NCBI GenBank assembly: GCA_965645245.1
Contig: OZ287067.1
Coordinates: forward strand, 1,054,001-1,118,000
Origin: Massalongia carnosa
Taxonomy: Eukaryota
Length of the DNA stretch: 64,000 nucleotides
Reading direction: 5' to 3'
Shown: positions 31,805-43,774 of the stretch, in pieces
Position numbering within the stretch: position 1 is the stretch's first letter
How the letters are laid out: each line of letters begins with the position of its first letter
Translations under genes and position numbers: made by a program
The notes under the pieces: generated by a model
What the model was told of the DNA's origin: nothing
The model's database searches: none
Seen by the model: the letters and a program-made list of their open reading frames with translations, nothing else

Positions 31805-32988
31805 GACTTTGCGACGGCGTTCACACCGTGCTTCGGCTCCTTGTCGTCTTTAGGAGGGTTGGGACACTTGTTGGCGTAGTGACCCTGTTCTCCGCAGCGA
31901 TAACATGTCACCTCGTCGGTACTTTCCTTTGTCTCAGCATGCTTTCTTTTCTGACCCCTTTTACCGTCTTTCGTAGGTTTTGGTTTGTCAGTGTCCTTTA
32001 TCTCCTCGTTCCTCTTATCTCTATGTGATTTAGTGCGAGGGGGGTGAGAACCATTTGGACGCTCATGCTTCGACGTCGTTAAGACATCGTTTTCTCTTTT
32101 CTGATTGTTTTCCAGCCTACTGGCCAGAGTCACCAGAGCTTCTCTAGTCCTTGGAATATTCTGATAGTTGCCTATAGCTGCTCTAATAGACGGCCGCAAC
32201 TTAGTAAACAGATGAGTCGCTCTTTGTTCTTCGGTATAGGAGGGCAACTGGTCCTCGAGGCTACTCAAGTGCGCCTCGAAAGCTCTTACCGTTTGCTTCT
32301 CTCCTTGCTTGGCTTCGGCAAATAATTGGGCCATATGCAGACCTCGATTAACTGGGTCCTCGACAATATTTAACAAGAATTTCAAGTACTCTTCGAAGGT
32401 ATAATTGTGCATTTCACCGTCTGCCTCATATCGATGCCAAGCTTCCTTAGGCTCCCCTTCCAGCGATTGCATTGCGAAAGCGATCTTGGATTCATCATCT
32501 GGGAAGTCCTCTTTTGCCACGCGAAACGCCACTCTGCAGTTCCGCTCATAATCCAGATGTTCCTTGACCGTTTTTCCATGATAGGGACTGACTTTCTCGG
32601 GTCTAGCAGCGCGTCTCCTGTAAACAACAACAGGTACTGACTGGCTACTCGTCATCTCTACATCGTCGTCAGAACGAGGGTTAATGGCTCCTCTCATTAC
32701 CGGTTCCTTGGATGATCCGGTAGGGTTTGGAGGTTTCGAAGGCTTTTGAGTTTGTTCTTGCAGTTGCTCAATACTGGCTTTCAAATTCCTCAGACGTACT
32801 TCCTTCTTAAGTTCGCTACGCCTGCGCTCAGCTTGCGCTATCTGTTCGTCCAACGTCAGGGGTTGAATGGGTTCGACTACTTTTTCCATTGGGGTCAGGG
32901 CTCCTCTTCCAGGGCCCTCAGAATCCGAAAGTTCTTCGATCCGCTCCTCCGGCATCATGGTATCAGAGGCAACTTCTTGCGCGGACAT
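31747..32988 (-). CDS. gag: Gag of element D1
   Basis: CCHC knuckle CYRCGEQGHYANKC. Confidence 0.92.
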   Translation of the reverse strand: MSAQEVASDTMMPEERIEELSDSEGPGRGALTPMEKVVEPIQPLTLDEQIAQAERRRSELKKEVRLRNLKASIEQLQEQTQKPSKPPNPTGSSKEPVMRGAINPRSDDDVEMTSSQSVPVVVYRRRAARPEKVSPYHGKTVKEHLDYERNCRVAFRVAKEDFPDDESKIAFAMQSLEGEPKEAWHRYEADGEMHNYTFEEYLKFLLNIVEDPVNRGLHMAQLFAEAKQGEKQTVRAFEAHLSSLEDQLPSYTEEQRATHLFTKLRPSIRAAIGNYQNIPRTREALVTLASRLENNQKRENDVLTTSKHERPNGSHPPRTKSHRDKRNEEIKDTDKPKPTKDGKRGQKRKHAETKESTDEVTCYRCGEQGHYANKCPNPPKDDKEPKHGVNAVAKSGKAKPPRKARQPMEGKDQ

Positions 32989-35900
32989 GGCGGGACGATA
33001 GTGTATAGAAGGTGTATAAATGTGTCAACGGATCGTCACTCCTTGAAGGATTGAACGATTAGAATTGTAAGAGTCAGACCTGGCGATTATCAGACACCAG
33101 GCCTAGGGATATGTGACAATGTGAAGACACTAATGATTTGCTATACTAATATACTAAAAGAAGTATGTAGGTAAAGCGGAAGACTAATCGTTGAAGATTG
33201 CATCTCCCTCGAGCAGCCTCCTTATATACCCGGACCGAAGCCCTTGACCCTCTGGGCCCTTGATACTGTAACTATCTTGACCGCCCATTACTCCTACCGG
33301 ATAAGCCGGCTAAACACTCTGCTGACTGCATCGTGGACACTGTGCTGACTGTATCGTAGACACTGTGCTGACTGTATCGTGGACACTATGCTGACTGTAT
33401 CGTACCATCCGCTCACTAATCGTACGAGAATCCTCGTATATCTCGATCGCTCGTACTATACTCTCGGCAGTAGATACCAGCCGCGTAACGCAGACCAACT
33501 GCTTTTCCATATGACTAAGCCTAGCCGTAGAACTAAGCCCCGCTTAGTTAGCTTAGCCCTTATTCCTTCTATGCCCTGACACGATCGAAGACAAAAAGAA
33601 ATTATTTCGATTTCGACATTTTTCTTGTTCAAAGAATCTCTGTTCGAAGAAAATCTGAATGAAAAACATTTGATTGTGTCTTTTGTTGTTTTCATAAAAA
33701 CAATCAAAATCAAGACTTATGCATTGATTGATTGTGAAGCATCTGAATTTGTCTTTGTTGATTTCTCGTTCGCGCATCATCATCGCATACTTCTCGTTCT
33801 CATGAAGAAATCTCGTATTCTTGAATTCGCAAACGATCGTTTCGTGTCGTCTGAAAAGTTTACTCATCTCGCACGTTTGAATCTTGACATCGTTTCGCAT
33901 TTCGAATTCGCTAATCTTCTCGTTATCAGTCTCGATCATTATCTCATCGTTCTCGACATTAAATGACTGCAAATTCACGACGTCAGCATACGATGAATCA
34001 CGAATTCTCTCACTTTCAATTCATCTTACTGTCGTCAACACTGTTTTGACAACTTCGAGTCAAACACGATCATCGACATAATCAATGTTTCAGAATTTCG
34101 CGTTGAAAAATCCCTCGTCGTTGAAAGTAACGTTAATCTCGACTCGACAGCGACAATCATCGAAGACTTTAGTTTCGAAGGGATTAGATTTGACAGACTC
34201 GATCGATTAAATCGACGCGTCAATTCAGCGATCGTCATTCTCTCGTCTATCTTGCTCGCGATCTTGCTCGTTTCGTTCTCGTTCGTCTCGTTCTCGCTCA
34301 TTTCGACGTAGATCAATAAGAATTCATCATTGAGCATATGTATGATAAAAGCAGTTCTCTTTACTCGTTTAGCGAAGAAGAAGAAGTGTGAACTCTTTAT
34401 CGTGAACATGCGAAATATTGAACATGTCTTGAATCTCAAGTCGTAAATTGATCCTGCTATCGTGTTGTCGTCGAAATATCATGAATTTCTTGATGTATTT
34501 TTCAAGAAAGAAGTTGATAAACTTTCAAAGCGACGTAGTCATGATCATAAAATTTCGTTGATGAAAGAAAAGAAATTCACGTATGACTCGTTGTATGACA
34601 TGAATCGAGATGAACTGTTAATTCTACAGAAGTATCTGACGAAAAACCTGAAAAAGAATTTTATTCGATTCAATTCTTCTTCTGCTGCGTTCTCGATATT
34701 GTTCGTTAAAAAATCAGACGAAAATCTGCGTTTTTGTGTTGATTACAAAGCATTAAATGCGATAACGATCAAGAACAAATATTCTTTATTTTTGATCAGA
34801 GAAACCTTGAATCGCTTGAATAAAGCAGTTATCTTTATTAAGCTGAATATTGTCGCGATCTTCAATCGTTTTCGTGTAGCTCATGAAAAGAAATGAAAAA
34901 TTGTTTTTCGAACACGTTATGAATTATATGAATATCTTGTCATGTCGTTTGAACTCTGCGAAGCCTCATTCTCGTTTCAAAAGTACATTAATGATGTGCT
35001 TCGTGAATATTTAAACATTTTTTGCATCGCGTACATCGACGACATATTGATTTACAGCAACTTTTTAAAAGAACACAAGAATCATGTGAAAAAAATACTG
35101 ATGATTCTAGAAAAAGTCGAATTACAACTTGACATCTCGAAATGTGAATTTCATGTCACGAAGATCATTTATTTAAAAATGATAATATTCAAAGACGACA
35201 TAAGAATGAATTTCAAGAAAATTGAGATTATTCAGAATTGAAACACTTCAAAGAACTTAAAAGACGTGCAAATCTTCATAAAATTCGCGAATTTTTATCG
35301 TCGATTTGTCAAGAGATTCTTTCGCATAACTGAATCATTGACAATTATGTCAAAAAAGAAGACATCATTCGTATGAATCAATGACTGCGTCAATGCTTTC
35401 GAGAATCTGAAGTCTATGTTTATTAGTAACATTGTTCTGCTGCATTTTGACCTCGATAAGAAAAGCGTGATTGAAACTGACTCTTCTGATTATGTCAATG
35501 TCGAAGTTCTCTCGCAATATGATGACGATGAAGTCTTTCGCCTCGTAGTCTTTTTCTCGCGACGTTTGTTCTCGACGAAGTGCAATTACGAGATTTATGA
35601 TAAAGAGCTATTAGTCATAATACGTGTCTTCGAGAAATGAAGATCAGAACTTCAAGAAGCTGCATACTCGATTAAAGTAATCACTGATCATAAAAATCTG
35701 AAGTATTTCATCATCATCAAGCAGTTAAGTAAACGACAGACTCGTTGAGCAGAATATCTCTCATGTTTCGACTTCAAAATCACGTATCGACTCGACAAAT
35801 TAAGCGAAAAACCTAACGCTTTGACTAGAAGATCAGGAGATCTTTCTAAAGAGAAAAACGTGAGACTGAAACATCAGAATCAGATGATATTAAAATCGCA

Positions 35901-38552
35901 TAATTTTGAACTTCATGCTAACAACGTGCCTCGTGTGACTGACGTGTTCGATTCTGAATCTGACATCGCGATTGAATCATCGAATCTCGTCTCTGTCCTC
36001 GACTCGAAAGAGAAATCTATAGACGAACTCATTGATCTAAGATATGAACATGACCTCACGTCTAACAAAATCCTGATTCTTCTTCGAAACGATGCTCGAC
36101 ACAGCAAGAACATCACTTTAATCGAATGTGAAAACAGAAATGAAAGACTATACTACAAGAAAAGGTTATACGTTCCTGATTGACATGAACTAAAAATGAG
36201 ACTATGCAAAGAATATCACGACAGTTCAGTCGTCGATCATTCAGACAGATCTAAAACATTTAATCTAATGACGCGAGATTACTACTGATCTCGATATCAT
36301 CAATTCATTGCTCGCTATGTTCAACACTGTCATACATGCTCTCGCAGTAAAGCTTTTCATCATGTTAAATACGAAGTGTTGAAATCTTTGCTCGTTATTC
36401 AACAACGATGAAAGAACATATTCATGAATTTCGTTATCGATTTACTCGAAAGTAGCGATAAGAACGCTGTGCTAAGCGTTGTTTGTCGATTAATCAAAAT
36501 GAAACATTTCATTTCGTGCAGAAAGATCATCGACGCTAAAACCTTAGCAAGACTATACGTTGAACATATCTGAAAACTTCATGATCTATCTGACTTCATT
36601 GTGTCGAATCGAGAAGATCAGTTCATCGCTGATTTCTGAAAAGCATTATGTGAACGACTGAAAATCAACAGTCGATTATTCACGTCGTTTCACTCGAAGA
36701 TCGACGATCAAACGAAACGATATAACGCGATCATGAAACAATATCTCAGAAGCTACGTATTCTATCAACAAGATGACTGAATCGATTGACTGTCAATGAC
36801 TGAATTCGTTAGCAATAACTTCGACTTCGAAACAACGTTCGTTAACCCGTTTCTTGCTAATTATGATTTTCATTCTCGTCTTGATTTTGAACCTGTTCAT
36901 CGCGACTTTCTCAATGCGCAAGTTATTAGCGTCGACGAATTCGTCTTCAAAATGCAAAGTATCAGTGAACATCTCGATGACGAAATGCGTTTAACTCAAG
37001 CGCGTTATGAAGCGTCTGCTAACGCAAACAGAATCTCGACTTTCACGTTTCATGTCGACGACGAGATTTGACTGAACGCTAGACATATAAAGATCAAACG
37101 ATCATCACGAAAGCTGAATTGAAAAAAGCTTGAAAGATTCACTATAAAGAAAATTGTTAACAAGTACGCATACGAGTTGAATTTTCTCGTCTTCATGAAC
37201 GTTCATTCTGTGTTTCATGTTTCTTTTTTAGAACCTGTCTTTCAACATTTTCACGTCGATCTCGTATTCGCTTCTTCTTTTTCTGTCGATGTTGAAGGTG
37301 AAACAGAATGAAAGATCGAGGAAATTTTGAACTCTCGTTTCTTTCGAAAACGTTTACAGTATTTAATCAAGTGAACTGATTGAAACGCATTCGACTGAAT
37401 CGAAGTTAAGAACGTCATTCACTGCTTCGATTTACTGAAAGACTTTCATCGACTGAGATTTAACAAGTCTGATAATTCTCGCGAAGCTCGAACCTAAAAG
37501 AAGAGCTGCTGTCATGAAGTGACTGAGCATCTGTCAGTTAGTTCATCGAATCATTCATCTAGTTCATTGAATCATTCAGAATAATCTTAACTGCTTGAGC
37601 GAAGCACTGATCGACTAGTCGATTCGAAAGCGATTAAGCTTAATCCGAATCAGTTAGAGCAACGATAGGTGTTCCGATCGTCAATAGTGTCATGACGATA
37701 GTGTCATGTCAGGGACTCGAGGAAAATTGGATCAACAGCTAGATTGGGACTAGTTCGGTTCGCCAGAGTCTTATACTCGCCCACGTTTGATTTCTGATTC
37801 TTTTCTCCTTGTCGAACGTCTTGTCCACCTAGCTAGACAATCAAGTATCACGTTTGCATCACCTGAATTCCTACCTGACCTCGCACCGTGACAAGATACA
37901 CTCTTGCTCAAGCCTCATCACGTAACAACGATGTCAATAAATCTCGATTCGATCGTCTCAAATCAATCAGTGATCGCGATGAACGTCACATCATAAGAAC
38001 TGCACGTCTCGAGCTCAAAATAATCTACAAAAAGCTGATGAAAAAGATCGAGATCAAATTTCATCGCAAAATCATCTATCGAGTTTTCAAAGAATATGAC
38101 ATCATTAATTGATTGATCAAAAAGCGATCTTTATTCATTCTCGAAATGACTGCGAAAAGATATGCATGATGCTGAAAGCGACGAGACTGAACTTATGACG
38201 AATGAAAACTTTATATTTGAAGCGACGAATGTTCGATAATGTGACGAGGCGGCAACGGGGGCCTATTCAGGTGGTGAAGGTGGTGGCATTGCTAGCTATG
38301 ACTATACTAGATAGACAAGACGAACACAAGGAAGAAAGCATCAATTGCTGCAGAGATTTTCCATGTAACTCCCGGAACCCATTTCCTTACCTGAATGCGG
38401 TTAGCTCCCCACTAAGGCTAACGCGATACCTAAAACATTTAGCGTGTCGGGAGGTATCGCTTAGCAGAGCATCTCGCGCTCACACCATGACAGTAGCTCC
38501 CCCTTCAAGGCCTGCTTCCACGCAGGCTTTATACCTTCAGGACGGTGTGAGC

Positions 38553-41500
38553 TTATCGTGGCTTGGCTAGGTATCGTTGATGAAATTCTGCTACCCTTTC
38601 CTTGGCGTTAGTAACATACTCAGCATACTCCCAGGTGGGGTCGTTCCAGCCCGTCCATTGCACCAGGTACTTTAGGCGGTTTCGAAATTTCTTGGAGTCG
38701 AGAATTTCTTCAACCTCGTATTCTTCTTCGCCTTCGACTTCAACAGGTGGTGCGGGAGGGGGGATGTGATCGGGATGAGGGTGTTGCGGCACGGGCGAGA
38801 GAAGGGATACGTGGAACACAGGATGAATTTTCATGCCGGGGGGCAGCTCGAGTTGATACGCGTATTTGCTTACCACCTTAGATATCTTGAATGGACCCAG
38901 GTTTTTCCAGTCGAGCTTTCGAGCAGGTCTTTGAGTACGGATGTTCTTAGTACTCAACCATACTTCGTCTCCTGCTTGGTAACTTGGTGCTGGTACACGA
39001 TGTTCATTGGCTCCAGTCTCGTACCTGGCTTGCGCGAACTTCATCTCTTCCTGTAGCACGGACGAGATATCTTCCATCTTCTTGGCGAACTCCACTGCGT
39101 TTAGACTGGCTGGGGATCGAGAGGGCTCAACCGATTCGAATCCCATTCTCGGATGAAATCCCATCTCGGCCAGGAATGGGCTGCACCCAGTCGTCTCGGA
39201 CACTACATTGTTCCCTGTGAATTCTGCCATGGGTAACCAACTTGCCCAATCGTCTTGAAGATAGTCCGTGTAGCTTCGAAGGTATTGTTCCATGGAGGCG
39301 TTTACTCGCTCGGTTTGACCGTCCGTTTCTGGATGGAAGGCCGTTGATAACAGGCTCTTGATACCCAGTAGTTGACAGAGCTTTTTCCAAAATTCCGATA
39401 CAAAGAGCACTCCACGATCCGATACTACGGTGCTCGGCAACCCGTGTAGTTTCCAAATATCTCGAAGAAAGAGTTCAGCAAGTTCCTGAGCATTGATCGT
39501 GGTGAGGCATGGAGAGAAGTGCCGTCGTTTCGATAGACGATCGACCACCACTAATATGGCGTCGAACCCACTACTTTCTGGAAGCCCAGTCACGAAGTCC
39601 ATCGAAATATCTTGCCAGCGGCGCTCCGGGACGGGTAACGGTTTCAAGACTCCCATTTTTCCTTGACGAGAGGGCTTGCTTCTTGCACAAACTTGACAAT
39701 GTTGCACGTACCTTGCTACGAACTGATAGAATCGTGGCCAGTAATAGTGACGTTGCAGAAGATCAAAGGTCTTGGCTCGACCGGGATGACCGGCTACAGG
39801 GCTATCGTGAACGGACTTGCAAAGTCTCATCTTCAGGGCGTGTGAGTCCGGAACGTACATCTTTCCTCGATAGTGCAGTCGGCCATCCATCTCTGTGCAC
39901 TCTGCCAGCGAGATTTCCTTGGAGTGTCTAGCACCTGATCGTAATAATTCCAGAATTCTCATCGGAAAGAGGTCCTTTTCCAATGCTTCTTGCCATAATT
40001 CTTCCAAGGTCTTGATTTCATCCTGATCTGAGGCGATTTCCAGAGGTTCACTTTGTTCCGAGGCTTCAACATTTTCTTCGAGAGGTTCATCTGCTAATCC
40101 GTTCGCTAGAAGTTCAAGATTTCGAGGTTTCAAGACCACTTGATGTTGAATTTTTATCCGTGGATCATCCTCCCCCTTCGGTAGGTCTTGAGACCTTCTA
40201 GTCAGGGCGTCGGGTTTTCCACCGCTTTTCCCTGGGCGGTACATGATCTGGAAATCGAAGCGGGAGAGATACTCGGACCAGCGTGCTTGACGACGACTGA
40301 GCTGTTTCGTTGTCATGAAGTATTCGAGATTCTTATGATCAGAAATGACTTGAATGGGAAAGGCGGCTCCTTCGAGCTCGGATCTCCATTCCTCGAAAGC
40401 TCGAATGATGGCCATGAGTTCCTTGTCATAGATCTCGTAATTGATTTCCGCGGGGGCGTGTTTTTTCGAGAAGAAGGCTACAGGGCGTAGAACTCCCTCG
40501 TCATCGTACTGTGAGAGTACACCCCCCACTACCCAGTCGGAAGCGTCAACTTCTACCACGATTTTCTTTTCAGGATCGAAATGCATCAGAATGAGATCGC
40601 TAACAAAAGCGTTTTTTAGCCTTTGAAACGCGGCCTCACACTCGGAGTTCCAAGAGAACACGGTCCCCTTTTTCGTCAGTTTGATCAGGGGCGAGGCAAT
40701 GGCTGAGAAACCCTTGACGAAGCGTCTATAGAAATTTGCGAAGCCCACGAAAGCTTGAATATCCTTAATGTTCTTGGGTGTTATCCAGTCCTTGATCGTC
40801 TGAACTTTTCGTGGGTCCATCTTGATTCCTTTGTCCGAAATGATAAGTCCCAGGTAAGTGGTTTCCGTGACGAAGAACTCACACTTTTCTATGTCCAGTT
40901 GCAGACCTGCGGACCTCAGAGCTTCAAGAACTTTTCTTACGTGAATCTTGTGTTCCTTCTTTGATTTACTGTATACAAGAATGTCGTCGATATAGGCGGT
41001 GCAAAAGGCATATAAATATTCTCGAAGGACGTCGTTGATATAGTGCTGAAAGGAGCCGGGCCCCCCTGAAAGTCCGAAAGGCAATACTTCATATTCGAAG
41101 AGACCGTACCTGGTCTTGAAAGCGGTCATCCATTCTTGCCCGCTCTGCATTCGTAGCTTGTTGAAAGCCGCGATGATGTCAAACTTAGAGAAAATCATGG
41201 CCTTGGCAAGACGATCTAGTGTTTCTTGAATCAGTGGTATTGGATAGCGATTCTTGATCGTGATCGCGTTCAGAGCTCGATAGTCTACACAGAAACGCAG
41301 TCCTCCCGACGGTTTTCGGGCGAATAACACGGGCGAGGAGCAGGGCGAGGAGCTGGCACGAATAAATCCTTTGGCTAGGTTTTCTTTCAAGTATTTCTGC
41401 AAGACTAGTAGTTCAGGAGCTGACATCTTGTACAGCGGGCCTGACGAGGGTATGGCTCCTTCCTTGAGAACGATTTTATGATCGTAGGAGCGGTGCGGGG

Positions 41501-42554
41501 GTAGTTTATCGGCTTCTTGCTTGGAGAAGACGTCTAGAAGATCGTGAAATTCCACGGGCACTATACTGGCGGGATCGATGATTTTCTTGGGCTTCAAGGA
41601 CTTGGCGATATCTTCGAGGGACGAGGCGGAGAGATTGAATTTCTCTCTCGGATTTCTGAGTTGTTCAAGGGCTTTGTCAATTTCATACATGGAAGCGGTG
41701 AAGATTTCGTTCTTCCGGTCCTTCATCAGGGTCGAGAATGGAGCGGCTCCAACCATGTAAATGCTCATAGGTGAGGGATCGGGAGATTCCGTGCAGACCG
41801 TCATTGGTCGTGCGTTCGAGATCGGTGGCTCAAGAAGTGTTCGGGATTCAGGACTTGAAGGAGCGTTTAATACACGGACTTCGAGAGTTCTAGGAGTCGA
41901 GCGAGAGACCTTGTTCTCACTGACTTTCAGGGTTTCAGGAGTTTTCATACAAGAGACCTCGTTCTTGCGTGATTCGACGGTTTTCAAGGACAGGGACGAA
42001 GCGGACTCAGGAGTCCCTTCAGATGGATCAGGAAGGCCAAGAATGACAAGAGGGACGTGTTTATTCTCTAAACACTCCTGGAAACAGTACGTGGACGAGA
42101 AGGTCAGGGTATTTTCAGTCCAGCTGACGGAGGGGTCATGAATTTGAAGCCACTTGACTCCCAGGACGACAGGATAATGACCCAGTTGGGTAACTAAGAA
42201 CGAGCCTTGCTCGGAATGACGGTTTATTCGCATCCTTGACTTGATCAGATGAGTAAGTTTTCCGGCCGCCGCGGGGCGACCATCGACTACTTCGAGGATA
42301 CGAGGACGGACAAGAGGGGTGAAAGGCAGGGAATTTTTTCGCGCGAAGGATGAATCAATGAATGCGTAGCCCGAGGCACCGCAATCAATCAAAGCATGGG
42401 TGTGTATAACTCGATTTTCCACAGAGAGTGCTATAGATATGACACAATGTCTACCGTCTAACGAATCTTCTGAGAGAGAAAAGGCTGAAATCGACACAGG
42501 GACCCCTTCTGAACGTCTTCGGGGGCGACTTAGCCCGAAGACGACGCGTTTTCC
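38553..42554 (-). CDS. pol: Pol of element E (PR-RT-RH-IN-chromodomain)
   Basis: LIDCGASG, LRFCVDY, YIDD, EVDASD, AFHPETDGQTER, and chromodomain EYEVEEILDS..KYLVQWTG. -1 frame relative to gag. Confidence 0.95.
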   Translation of the reverse strand, partial: GKRVVFGLSRPRRRSEGVPVSISAFSLSEDSLDGRHCVISIALSVENRVIHTHALIDCGASGYAFIDSSFARKNSLPFTPLVRPRILEVVDGRPAAAGKLTHLIKSRMRINRHSEQGSFLVTQLGHYPVVLGVKWLQIHDPSVSWTENTLTFSSTYCFQECLENKHVPLVILGLPDPSEGTPESASSLSLKTVESRKNEVSCMKTPETLKVSENKVSRSTPRTLEVRVLNAPSSPESRTLLEPPISNARPMTVCTESPDPSPMSIYMVGAAPFSTLMKDRKNEIFTASMYEIDKALEQLRNPREKFNLSASSLEDIAKSLKPKKIIDPASIVPVEFHDLLDVFSKQEADKLPPHRSYDHKIVLKEGAIPSSGPLYKMSAPELLVLQKYLKENLAKGFIRASSSPCSSPVLFARKPSGGLRFCVDYRALNAITIKNRYPIPLIQETLDRLAKAMIFSKFDIIAAFNKLRMQSGQEWMTAFKTRYGLFEYEVLPFGLSGGPGSFQHYINDVLREYLYAFCTAYIDDILVYSKSKKEHKIHVRKVLEALRSAGLQLDIEKCEFFVTETTYLGLIISDKGIKMDPRKVQTIKDWITPKNIKDIQAFVGFANFYRRFVKGFSAIASPLIKLTKKGTVFSWNSECEAAFQRLKNAFVSDLILMHFDPEKKIVVEVDASDWVVGGVLSQYDDEGVLRPVAFFSKKHAPAEINYEIYDKELMAIIRAFEEWRSELEGAAFPIQVISDHKNLEYFMTTKQLSRRQARWSEYLSRFDFQIMYRPGKSGGKPDALTRRSQDLPKGEDDPRIKIQHQVVLKPRNLELLANGLADEPLEENVEASEQSEPLEIASDQDEIKTLEELWQEALEKDLFPMRILELLRSGARHSKEISLAECTEMDGRLHYRGKMYVPDSHALKMRLCKSVHDSPVAGHPGRAKTFDLLQRHYYWPRFYQFVARYVQHCQVCARSKPSRQGKMGVLKPLPVPERRWQDISMDFVTGLPESSGFDAILVVVDRLSKRRHFSPCLTTINAQELAELFLRDIWKLHGLPSTVVSDRGVLFVSEFWKKLCQLLGIKSLLSTAFHPETDGQTERVNASMEQYLRSYTDYLQDDWASWLPMAEFTGNNVVSETTGCSPFLAEMGFHPRMGFESVEPSRSPASLNAVEFAKKMEDISSVLQEEMKFAQARYETGANEHRVPAPSYQAGDEVWLSTKNIRTQRPARKLDWKNLGPFKISKVVSKYAYQLELPPGMKIHPVFHVSLLSPVPQHPHPDHIPPPAPPVEVEGEEEYEVEEILDSKKFRNRLKYLVQWTGWNDPTWEYAEYVTNAKERVAEFHQRYLAKPR

Positions 42555-43774
42555 GAGACCTCAGCTAGAGAGGACTCGTTCAGCCGAGAGGTTCGCGGCT
42601 TGGTTTCTCCCTTTCGAGGGCAGACGGCCGCAAAATGTCCTGACCCCCCACAGTAGCGGCACAACCCTTCGTTCATCCGACGGGTGACTTCTGCTTGAGG
42701 TAACTTACCTCTGTGTGTGGCGGAGAGGTCCATTGGCTCGGCGGCCGGAAGGGGAGACGGGGAGGCGGCGGAAGAAGAGACGGATCGGGGGAGGGCGACT
42801 CCTCCCGACCGGGGGTTATGAGGGGGGGTCCCCACACCAGAAGAAGGTGGGGTAGACCGGGGGGAGTATGGCTTCCGGAGGGAAGCATTGACATTCCGTT
42901 GGCGGGTGTCTAGCCGTTGGAGGAGGGTCACCAGTTCGTCGAGGTCCTCGGGAGTGATTTGGGTAACCATGAGCTGCTTCAGCTCGTCACTGATGCCTTC
43001 CAGCAGAGCTGAGCGCATTGCCTCCTCGTCAAAATTGGTATCCGGGGCAATACGCTGGAAGTCCGAGAGGTAGACATGGAATTCCTTGTTGGCCTGGCGC
43101 AGGGACCGCAGTTCCCGCTGTGCCGTGGCCTTTTTGTCCGGGTCCCCAAAGGCCCTCTCCAACATAGCCAATAACCCTGCCACATCGGGGATACTCACTT
43201 CGTTGTGAGACTTGACGTAGGGTTGCACTTGCGCCATGGCACGACCCTCTAAGCGGCTGATGGCGTACAGAAGGCCGGCTTTGGGATTCGTGAAACGGTC
43301 TTGATTCACAAAGAGCTTCAGGTTAAGCTGGGTGACCCACTCGCGCAACTCGTCCTTCTTGCCCGAGAACTTCGGGATGTCCGGCAATTTCTCTGAGCGC
43401 GCCTCGCGCTGGGCGGCGGGATGATGATGATGGTCACTGATCTGCTGACGGAGGCTGGCGATGGTGGCTCGAGAGGCGATGTTCTCGTTATTGGAGGTCT
43501 GCAACTGGCTACGGATATTATTATGCTCAGCTTCCAGAAAGTCATACTGATTTGATTTTTCCGTTAGAAAGCCCTGAAGGGTCGCTGATCGGTTGGCGGA
43601 CTGAATGGCTTGATGATACCATTCATGAGGGAATTTTTGGACCGATTGACTCCAGGCCTCAATAGATGCAACATGAGGGGCGAGAGAATCCTCCTCATCG
43701 AAGCTTGGGGGGGAAAGGCCAGGACTTGATTCGGAACGGGGCGTGGCTATCTTGGACGAGGAACTGGAAGCCAT
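42530..43774 (-). CDS. gag: Gag of element E
   Basis: RSEKLPD, PMDLS and CRYCGGSGHFAAVC. Likely ATG near 43774. Confidence 0.9.
   Translation of the reverse strand: MASSSSSKIATPRSESSPGLSPPSFDEEDSLAPHVASIEAWSQSVQKFPHEWYHQAIQSANRSATLQGFLTEKSNQYDFLEAEHNNIRSQLQTSNNENIASRATIASLRQQISDHHHHPAAQREARSEKLPDIPKFSGKKDELREWVTQLNLKLFVNQDRFTNPKAGLLYAISRLEGRAMAQVQPYVKSHNEVSIPDVAGLLAMLERAFGDPDKKATAQRELRSLRQANKEFHVYLSDFQRIAPDTNFDEEAMRSALLEGISDELKQLMVTQITPEDLDELVTLLQRLDTRQRNVNASLRKPYSPRSTPPSSGVGTPPHNPRSGGVALPRSVSSSAASPSPLPAAEPMDLSATHRGKLPQAEVTRRMNEGLCRYCGGSGHFAAVCPRKGETKPRTSRLNESSLAEVSENASSSG

Larger units (their letters stand above)
27005..33581 (-). mobile_element. Ty3/Gypsy chromovirus D, copy 1, intact, 6577 bp
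   Basis: 516-bp LTRs at 27005-27520 and 33066-33581. TSD CGATC. Polypurine tract AGGAGAGGAGG. Each LTR has 4 copies of a 23-bp tandem repeat. Confidence 0.96.
18738..37893 (+). mobile_element. Ty3/Gypsy chromovirus C, heavily mutated (about 5.9 kb net), host of elements B and D
   Basis: 384-bp LTRs at 18738-19121 and 37510-37893. TSD AGATA (10392-96 and 37894-98). Degenerate gag at about 25900-26995 and degenerate pol at about 33590-37480 (LIDCEAS, LRFCVDY, YIDD, chromodomain relic) with many TGG>TGA stops. Confidence 0.93.

Noticed and set aside
26201..37071. AT-rich ORFs (264, 144, 120 aa and others) as independent genes
   Set aside because: They are fragments of the mutated gag-pol of element C.
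33590..37480. Alternative genetic code (TGA=Trp) or mitochondrial insert
   Set aside because: TGA at Trp positions is explained by GG>GA transitions, which affect all codons in the relic.
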